Origin: an uncultured Rubrivirga sp.
Lineage (GTDB): Bacteria; Actinomycetota; Actinomycetes; S36-B12
Assembly (NCBI GenBank): GCA_964413305.1
Contig: CAYPSE010000001.1
Span: 1 to 57,654 of the forward strand
DNA: 57,654 nt
Direction: 5' to 3'
The notes under the pieces are model-generated. The model saw only the letters and a program-made list of their open reading frames with translations, ran no database searches and had not been told where the DNA came from. This document shows positions 50,168-57,654 of this stretch, piece by piece. Position 1 is the first letter of the stretch. Each line of letters begins with the position of its first letter. Position numbers and translations under genes: made by a program.

Positions 50168-52891
50168 TTAATGACCGGCTTCCTGCCAGTTCGCGCCCAC
50201 CCCGACCGAGACGTCGAGGGGAACCCGGAGGTCAGCGGCCCCCGCCATCTCCTGGCGCAAGATGGCCTCGACCCGGGAGGACTCCCCCCGCGCCACTTCC
50301 ACGACGAGCTCATCGTGTACCTGCAGCAGCAGCCGGCTCGAAAGGCCACCGTCGACGAAGGCCCGGTGCACCTTCAACATGGCCACCTTCACGATGTCGG
50401 CTGCGGTTCCCTGGATGGGCGCGTTCAGTGCCATGCGTTCGGCCATCTCCCGACGTTGGCGATTGTCGTGGTTCAGGTCCGGCAGGTAGCGCCGACGGCC
50501 CAGCATCGTCTGGGTGTATCCGGCGCGACGTGCCTCGTCCACGATCCCGGCGAGGTAGTCGCGAACACCGCCGAATCGGGTGAAGTACTCGTCCATCAGG
50601 CCTTGAGCCTCAGCAGGGGTGATCCGCAGTTGCTGCGACAACCCGTAGGCGGACAGGCCGTATGCAAGGCCGTAGCTCATTGCCTTGATGCGGCGACGCA
50701 TCTCCGGGTCCACATCGGATTCCTCGACCCCGAAGACCTTCGCGGCAACCGAACTGTGTAGGTCCTCGCCATCGGAGAACGCCTCGATCAAGCCTTCATC
50801 GCCGGATGCATGCGCCATGATGCGCATCTCGATCTGGCTGTAGTCCGCGGTCATCAAGGACTCGTAGCCCTGCCCCACCACGAAGCAGGCACGTATCTGC
50901 CGCCCCGCCTCGGTACGGATCGGGATGTTCTGCAGGTTGGGATCCGACGACGACAACCGGCCGGTGGCGGCTGCGGTCTGCTTGAACGTGGTGTGGATCC
51001 GCCCGCTGTCGTCGGCGAGAGGCAACAGGCCGTCGACCGTCTGGCGGAGCTTGGACACATCACGCCATGCCAGCAGTTGCTCCACGACCGGATCACCCGT
51101 CGCGGTGAACAGGTTCTGCAGAGCTTCGGCGTCGGTCGTGTAGCCGGTCTTGATCTTCTTCGTCTTCGGCAGGCCACGTTGCACGAACAAGATCTCCTGC
51201 AATTGCTTCGGCGAGCCCAGGTTGAACTGCTCACCAACGATGCGGTGCGCTTCCTGCTCGGCGGCTCGCATCCGTTCGCCGAATTGCTCGGACAGTTCGC
51301 GCAGCCTCACCTCATCGACCGCGATGCCGGCGAACTCCATTCGTGCCAGGAGTCCGGCCAGCGGGATCTCCATGTCGATCAGCAGGGGCTCGAGCTGTTC
51401 TCGTTGCAACCTCGCGCTCAGGTGTTCCGCTATGCGATCGATCGCGCGCGCTTCGCTTGCGAGGTCCTGCAAGGCCGTGGAGTCGTCGGCGTCGAAGGTC
51501 AACTGGTCGGCGGCCTGCGCTGAGCGGTCGACGGGTGCGCCCAGCACCCGCTCACTGACGTCGTCGAGTGCATACGAACGGGCCCCAGGCGCGTCCAGGT
51601 AGGCAGCAAGCGCCGTGTCCATCGTGACGCCGGCGATCAAGTCGGCACCGTCGGTCGCCGTCAAGAGCGCCAAATCAGGGCCCTTCATGTCATGCATGCG
51701 TTTGACCACGTCGGTCCGGCGCAACCAGTCGACCACCGCGGTTCGATCGGCTGCACCCTTCTTGCTGCCGACCTCATCGAGGGGTATGGCCAGCAATCGC
51801 TCGCCCGAACTCACGGCGATGGCGGTGATGTCGCCGCGTCCGGCGGACCATGAACCGCGCAGTGCGATGGCCGCACTCGGGATCTGCTCGAGTGCCGCAG
51901 CGGCGTTGCCGGCCTCGATGATCTCGACGGCGGGGACCACGGCCGAATCCGAGGCTGGTTTCCCCTCATCGGAGGACTCTCCAGCATCCTTTGCATGCGG
52001 CAGGGCGTTGATCCGCGATCGAAGTGCGGAGAACTGCAAGGAGTCGAAAAGCCGCTCCAACTCGGTGCGCGACCACTCGCGCCACTCCAGGGCATCGACG
52101 GACACGTCGAGGGGAACGTCGCGAATCAATTCGGTGAGTTCCCGGTTCACGAGGACCTGAGCCACGGCCTCTCGCAACGCATCCCCGACCTTGCCGCCCA
52201 CTTCATCGACATGGTCGATCAGGCCACCGAGATCACCGTAGGTTGTCAGCCATTTCAGAGCCGTCTTCTCTCCCACCCCCGGGATGCCGGGAAGGTTGTC
52301 GCTCGGATCTCCGCGCAATGCCGCGAAATCCGGGTACTGAGCGGGGGTCAGGCCGTATTTCTCCTCGACCGATTCCGGCGTCATCCGCGCAAGGTCGGAA
52401 ACCCCCTTCTTGGGGTACAGAACCGTGGTGTCGTCGTCGACCAACTGGAACGTGTCGCGATCCCCACTCACGATCTGTACATGCAATCCACGGTCCCGAC
52501 CTTCAGTGGCCAGCGTCGCGATGACGTCGTCGGCCTCGAACCCCTCGACCTGCACGGTCGATATGCCGAGGGCTCGAACCACTTCCTTGATGAGTTCGAC
52601 CTGTCCCTTGAAACCATCCGGCGAAGATGCCCTCGTGGCCTTGTAGTCGGGGAAGCGATCGGTGCGGAAACTCTTTCGCGAGACATCGAATGCCACCGCC
52701 ACGTGACTGGGCGCTTCGTCCCGCAACAAGTTGACCAACATGGACGTGAACCCGTAGACGGCATTCGTGGGCTGCCCGGTGCTGGTGCTGAAGTTCTCCA
52801 CCGGGAGTGCGTAGAAGGCGCGATAGGCCAGCGAGTGCCCGTCGAGAAGTAGCAGGGTCCGCTCACCAGACGTACTCGAACCGTGGGGCAC
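50168..52891 (-). CDS. polA: DNA polymerase I
   Basis: 907 aa, GTG start. 5-prime nuclease domain (LLLLDGHSLAYRAFYA), 3-prime/5-prime exonuclease-like region and polymerase motifs (DYSQIEMRIMAH, QVHDELVVE). Confidence 0.97.
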   Translation of the reverse strand: MPHGSSTSGERTLLLLDGHSLAYRAFYALPVENFSTSTGQPTNAVYGFTSMLVNLLRDEAPSHVAVAFDVSRKSFRTDRFPDYKATRASSPDGFKGQVELIKEVVRALGISTVQVEGFEADDVIATLATEGRDRGLHVQIVSGDRDTFQLVDDDTTVLYPKKGVSDLARMTPESVEEKYGLTPAQYPDFAALRGDPSDNLPGIPGVGEKTALKWLTTYGDLGGLIDHVDEVGGKVGDALREAVAQVLVNRELTELIRDVPLDVSVDALEWREWSRTELERLFDSLQFSALRSRINALPHAKDAGESSDEGKPASDSAVVPAVEIIEAGNAAAALEQIPSAAIALRGSWSAGRGDITAIAVSSGERLLAIPLDEVGSKKGAADRTAVVDWLRRTDVVKRMHDMKGPDLALLTATDGADLIAGVTMDTALAAYLDAPGARSYALDDVSERVLGAPVDRSAQAADQLTFDADDSTALQDLASEARAIDRIAEHLSARLQREQLEPLLIDMEIPLAGLLARMEFAGIAVDEVRLRELSEQFGERMRAAEQEAHRIVGEQFNLGSPKQLQEILFVQRGLPKTKKIKTGYTTDAEALQNLFTATGDPVVEQLLAWRDVSKLRQTVDGLLPLADDSGRIHTTFKQTAAATGRLSSSDPNLQNIPIRTEAGRQIRACFVVGQGYESLMTADYSQIEMRIMAHASGDEGLIEAFSDGEDLHSSVAAKVFGVEESDVDPEMRRRIKAMSYGLAYGLSAYGLSQQLRITPAEAQGLMDEYFTRFGGVRDYLAGIVDEARRAGYTQTMLGRRRYLPDLNHDNRQRREMAERMALNAPIQGTAADIVKVAMLKVHRAFVDGGLSSRLLLQVHDELVVEVARGESSRVEAILRQEMAGAADLRVPLDVSVGVGANWQEAGH

Positions 52892-52957
52892 ATTCCGATC
52901 CTAGGGATCAGACGCATTCCCGGGCTGATGCCTAACGGGGACCCATACGCTGCTTCC

Positions 52958-53401
52958 ATGACGGACGCCGCCTCGAGGAACGACAGCGATAACCCCTTCC
53001 CCACCGAATTCGCCGAACTAGGCGTGGGTGCGCTGGCGGAGAAGATGGGGATCCAGATCACCTCGGCCTCAGCCGAGAAGGTCGTGGGGACCATGCCGGT
53101 TGTCGGAAACACCCAGCCCTACGGACTGCTGCACGGGGGCGCCAGCGCCGTGCTGGCCGAATCCCTGGGCTCGATACATGCCGCGTTCAATGCCGGTCCG
53201 GAGAACATCGTCGTGGGCGTGGACCTCAATTGCACGCATCACCGATCCGCCACCGATGGGGTCGTGACCGGCGAGGCCACCACGCTGTCTGCCGGAAGGA
53301 CCCTCGTCAGTTCCCAGATCCGGATCGTGAACGAGGCCGGAAAACCGATCTGCACCGCTCGGCTCACCTGTCTCGTCAGACCCGCGCCGCGCACCAACTG
53401 A
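52958..53401 (+). CDS. PaaI-family hotdog-fold thioesterase
   Basis: LAEKMGIQITSASAEKVVGTMPV.GNTQPYGLLHGGASAVLAESLGS...NCTHHRS...G.VTGEAT.L..GR. The start is set at the ATG of MTDAAS. The track start at 52883 would overlap the polA start. Confidence 0.8.
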   Translation: MTDAASRNDSDNPFPTEFAELGVGALAEKMGIQITSASAEKVVGTMPVVGNTQPYGLLHGGASAVLAESLGSIHAAFNAGPENIVVGVDLNCTHHRSATDGVVTGEATTLSAGRTLVSSQIRIVNEAGKPICTARLTCLVRPAPRTN

Positions 53402-53555
53402 CGGGACGACGCCAGGCCGAGCCGGGGCACGAAGAAGTAACGAATCGAGCCAAACTTCCCAACAGCCCCCCATCACTCAGGGAACCGGGCTAGGGTTTCG
53501 GGGATCGTTTCGGGCGGCGCGCGTTGCTCGAGTCCGTCAGAATTCTGGAGGTTCC

Positions 53556-54851
53556 TTGCTCACCCGAGCCCGCGGTAGTGCAGGAGCTTTGATCCTCGCC
53601 GTCCTGGCTGCCTTCGGGTTCGCCCTCCTGGCATCCGGTCCGGCGCACGCGGCCGACACCGTGCTCATCGGCTCCTTCACCGCACCAGATGGGTCACCCA
53701 TCCCGGACGTTTCGGTGACCGTCAGCAACGAAGACGGGTTCAGTGAGACAGTCACCAGCGACGCTGCCGGAGAGTTCTCGGCAGTCCTGCCCGGCGGCGG
53801 TACCTACCAAATCGACCTGGACGTATCGACCCTCCCCGCCGGTATCGCCCTGGAAAAGCCCGAGGACGAGAGCCGCTCGTTGCTCGTCCTCGGTGGTGAA
53901 AAGCGGATCCTCACCAAACTGGTCGAAGGGGAAGGCGGCGGAGGCGGCGGAGGCGGCTTCATCAACGTCACCGGCGATCAATTCCTGCAACTGCTCTTCG
54001 ACGGTCTGCTCTTCGGCGTCATGATCGCGCTCGCGGCCCTCGGCCTGAACCTGGTTTTCGGGACCACGGGTCTGACGAACTTCTCCCATGGCGATCTGGT
54101 CACTTTGGGCGCATTCACCGCCCTGCTACTCAACCTGGTAGGCGTCCACCTGGTGATCGCCGCCCCGATAGCGGTGATCTTCTGCGCGATCGTCTTCGGC
54201 TGGGGCCAGAACAAGGTGCTGTGGCGACCGTTGCGCAAGCGGAAGACCGGCCTGATAGCGATGATGATCATCTCCATCGGCCTGGCCATCGTCCTGCGCT
54301 ACTCGGTCGCCCTGTTCTTCGGCGCCGCTCCCCAGACCTACAAGCAGTACGCCGGTCAGGCGGGCATCAGCCTCGGTCCCGTGACGTCTACCCCCAAAGC
54401 GCTCATCCTCGCCGTGTTGGCCATCCTCACTTTGGTCGTCGTCGTCATCTGGGTGCAGCGTTCGCGCATCGGTAAGGCAACCCGCGCAGTAGCCGACAAC
54501 CCCGCGCTCGCCTCTGCCACGGGCATCGACGTCGAGAAGGTCATCTCGGTGGTCTGGATCGTCGCCGCGGGTCTTGCCGCATTCGCCGGCATCTACCTGG
54601 GGATGACTCAGAACAGCGTCTGGAACATGGGACAAAGAATCCTGCTGATCATCTTCGCCTCGGTCATCCTCGGCGGTCTGGGCACGGTCTACGGAGCGAT
54701 CGTCGGGGCTCTGGTCGTCGGCGTCTTCATCAACATGACCAGCTTGATCATCCCCACGGAAATGAAGACCGTGGGTGCGCTGTTCGTGATGATCATCATC
54801 TTGATGATTCGACCGCAAGGCCTACTCGGTAGACGAGAGAGGGTGGGCTGA
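53556..54851 (+). CDS. livH: branched-chain amino acid ABC permease (LivH family) with an extra N-terminal signal peptide, a beta-sandwich-like domain and a Gly8 linker
   Basis: TTG start after GGAGG. aa 1-33 form a signal peptide (..GPAHA/AD). aa 34-125 read DGSPIPDVSVTVSNEDGFSETVTSDAAGEFSAVLPGGGTYQIDLD, which looks like a carboxypeptidase-regulatory-like fold. G127-G134 is poly-Gly. A canonical LivH core follows (LLFDGLLFGVMIALAALGLNLVFGTTGLTNFSHGD...). Confidence 0.85.
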   Translation: MLTRARGSAGALILAVLAAFGFALLASGPAHAADTVLIGSFTAPDGSPIPDVSVTVSNEDGFSETVTSDAAGEFSAVLPGGGTYQIDLDVSTLPAGIALEKPEDESRSLLVLGGEKRILTKLVEGEGGGGGGGGFINVTGDQFLQLLFDGLLFGVMIALAALGLNLVFGTTGLTNFSHGDLVTLGAFTALLLNLVGVHLVIAAPIAVIFCAIVFGWGQNKVLWRPLRKRKTGLIAMMIISIGLAIVLRYSVALFFGAAPQTYKQYAGQAGISLGPVTSTPKALILAVLAILTLVVVVIWVQRSRIGKATRAVADNPALASATGIDVEKVISVVWIVAAGLAAFAGIYLGMTQNSVWNMGQRILLIIFASVILGGLGTVYGAIVGALVVGVFINMTSLIIPTEMKTVGALFVMIIILMIRPQGLLGRRERVG

Positions 54852-54852
54852 C

Positions 54853-55842
54853 ATGGATTGGGGTTTCATTCTCACCCAGACGATGACCCAGGCCATCGGC
54901 ATCACGGCCATCATCTACATCCTCGCGGCCATCGGCCTCAACGTTCAGTTCGGCTATGCAGGACTGCTCAACTTCGGCCAGGTGATGTTCGTCGCTGCGG
55001 GCTCGTACGCAGTGGGCGTCATCGTGCTGACCTTCGACTTGAGTCTGTGGCTCTCGATCCTGGTGGCGATCGTGGTAGCGACGGCACTCGCGCTACTGCT
55101 CGGCATTCCGACCCTGCGATTGCGGGCCGACTACCTGGCCATCGTGACCATCGCCGCAAGCGAGCTATTCCGTCTCACCGTGCGATCGATCGCCTTCAAG
55201 GACACCCTCGGCGGCGCACAGGGGTTGAACGGCAAGCTCGGTCAGCAGTTCCACGACACCAACCCGCTCCCCGCTGACTTCCAGAGCCTGCCGATCCTCA
55301 GTTGGACTCGACAGGACCTGTGGGTGGTCATCGTCGGGTGGCTCCTGGTGGCCGCCTTCACTTTCCTGGTGTGGCTGCTGGTGCGAAGCCCCTGGGGCCG
55401 GGTGATCAAGGGCATCCGAGAGGACGAGGACGCCGTGGTGTCCTTGGGCAAGAACGTCTTCGTCTACAAGATGCAAGCGCTGATCCTCGGCGGCATCATC
55501 GCGGCCTTCGGTGGCATCGTGTGGGCGGTCGCCAAGCAATCGGTGCAGCCGGACACCTTCCAGCCCGACTTCACCTTCTTCGCGTACACGATCCTGCTGC
55601 TCGGTGGCGCAGCGCGAGTCTTCGGGCCGATCGTCGGTGGCATCATCTTCTGGTTCCTGCTTGCCGGCACCGGAGAGTTCCTCGGCCAGGCCATCCAGGC
55701 GGGCTGGATCGACTTCCTGCAGCCGACCGACGTCGGCAACATCCGCTTCATGCTGATGGGCGCAGGCTTGATCGCCTTGATGGTCTTCCGACCACAGGGA
55801 ATCTTCGGAGACAGGAAGGAGTTGGCCCTCGATGCCCGATAG
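54853..55842 (+). CDS. livM: branched-chain amino acid ABC permease (LivM family)
   Basis: 329 aa: ILAAIGLNVQFGYAGLLNFGQVMFVAAGSY...PTLRLRADYLAIVTIAASE. Confidence 0.9.
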   Translation: MDWGFILTQTMTQAIGITAIIYILAAIGLNVQFGYAGLLNFGQVMFVAAGSYAVGVIVLTFDLSLWLSILVAIVVATALALLLGIPTLRLRADYLAIVTIAASELFRLTVRSIAFKDTLGGAQGLNGKLGQQFHDTNPLPADFQSLPILSWTRQDLWVVIVGWLLVAAFTFLVWLLVRSPWGRVIKGIREDEDAVVSLGKNVFVYKMQALILGGIIAAFGGIVWAVAKQSVQPDTFQPDFTFFAYTILLLGGAARVFGPIVGGIIFWFLLAGTGEFLGQAIQAGWIDFLQPTDVGNIRFMLMGAGLIALMVFRPQGIFGDRKELALDAR

Positions 55843-56730
55843 CCCCGTTGCAACCGGCTCGCGAGCCGAACAGGCGAAAGCCGTCCTCGCCTCCGTCGAG
55901 CCTCGTCCCGGTGTACCCAAGCCCGATCCGATCCTGATCGCCGATCACGTACGCAGGTCCTTCGGCGGCCTGACCGCTGTCAACGTCGAGCACGTGGAGA
56001 TCCAACGCGGTGCGATCACGGCATTGATCGGCCCCAACGGTGCCGGCAAGACCACGTTCTTCAACTTGATCACCGGGTTCGACGCCGCCAACGAGGGCAA
56101 ATGGTCCTTCAACGGCCGCCAGGTGGCCGGCACGGCGCCCTATCGGCTCGCCCGCATCGGCATGGTGCGAACGTTCCAATTGACCAAGGCGCTCAGCCGC
56201 ATGACCGTCATCGACAACATGCGGCTAGGCGCAAAGCACCAAACCGGCGAACACATCTACGCTGCCATTCTCCCCTTCTTGTGGAAGGCGCAGGAAAAGC
56301 AGATCGATCAACGCGCCATGGGACTGCTCGAGCGGTTCAACCTCCACCAGAAGGTGGCGGACTTCGCCGGATCCCTCTCAGGTGGTCAACGCAAACTTCT
56401 CGAGATGGCGCGGGCCTTGATGTCCGATCCGGAGTTAGTGATGCTCGACGAGCCGATGGCCGGTGTGAACCCAGCCCTCAAGCAGAGCCTGCTCGGCCAC
56501 ATCAAGGCGATTCGCGAGGAGGGGACCACGGTGCTGTTCGTCGAACACGACATGGACATGGTCCACGACATCTCGGACTGGGTCATCGTCATGGCGCAAG
56601 GGCAGGTGATCGCCGAAGGGCCTCCGGATACCGTCATGAAGGATGCCGCCGTCATCGATGCCTACCTCGGCGCGCACCACGACTCCAATCTCACCGAGTC
56701 CGGTGAGGCACTCACCGAGGACGGTGCCCG

Positions 56731-56734
<4 letters not shown>
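55832..56734 (+). CDS. livG: branched-chain amino acid ABC ATPase (LivG family)
   Basis: 300 aa: FGGLTAVN.V...I.RG.ITALIGPNGAGKTTFFNLITG...RTFQ...LSGGQRKLLEMARALM..P.LVMLDEPMAGVNP. It overlaps livM by 11 nt. Confidence 0.9.
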
Positions 56735-57597
<863 letters not shown>

Positions 57598-57600
57598 CCC

Positions 57601-57654
57601 GCGAACTGCCAAGTTTTCGCACGCGAACTGCCAAGTTTTCGCACGCGAACTGCC
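57601..57654. repeat. 22-bp direct tandem repeat, 2 full copies plus 10 nt, truncated by the window end (unit GCGAACTGCCAAGTTTTCGCAC)
   Basis: Perfect copies at 57601-57622 and 57623-57644; a third begins at 57645. It starts 3 nt after the livF stop. Each unit can fold as GCGAA..AACT-gcca-AGTT..TTCGC. Confidence 0.9.

Noticed and set aside
53934-53957. GGC/GGA trinucleotide run
   Set aside because: It is in-frame coding sequence for the Gly8 linker of the LivH extension, not an independent repeat element. It is discussed under the LivH finding.

Overview
High-GC (about 63-65%) chromosomal core region of an actinobacterium (Actinomycetota). About 60 tightly packed genes, mostly on the minus strand, with many 4-nt ATGA/GTGA start/stop overlaps. 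Left to right: (1) gcvP with a tandem glycine riboswitch, then the conserved merR / DUF151 nuclease / ftsR-like merR / garA / gcvH / pgsA block (as M. tuberculosis Rv1822-Rv1832); (2) an FeS-type photolyase homolog coupled to an orphan COG1119 ABC ATPase; (3) serB; (4) dodecin / TMEM175 / fabG / inhA / sixA-like; (5) DUF3099 and SURF1; (6) ABC-F / crotonase / ABC exporter; (7) the full sufR-sufBD-Rieske-sufCSUT operon; (8) an ABC-2 exporter with ctaA and ctaB; (9) tkt-tal; (10) rbpA, secG, tpiA-pgk-gap; (11) whiA-yvcK-rapZ-uvrC-Rieske lipoprotein-uvrA; (12) MBL hydrolase, Kv-type K+ channel, TerC; (13) uvrB-coaE-rpsA-polA; (14) a thioesterase and livHMGF. I saw no rRNA, tRNA, CRISPR array, transposase, integrase, prophage or recognisable defence genes. 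I cannot point to a convincing new multi-gene system; this looks like housekeeping DNA. The best leads are small: two intergenic tandem repeats (17 bp with chained ATGA mini-ORFs; 22 bp hairpin units at the right edge), a photolyase/ModF-PhrA-type ATPase coupling, a zinc-ribbon-GarA variant, a LivH permease with a secreted N-terminal domain, and a Tat-lipoprotein Rieske gene between uvrA and uvrC. Start codons were often re-chosen from the ORF track using homology and overlap logic, so they are less certain than the stops.
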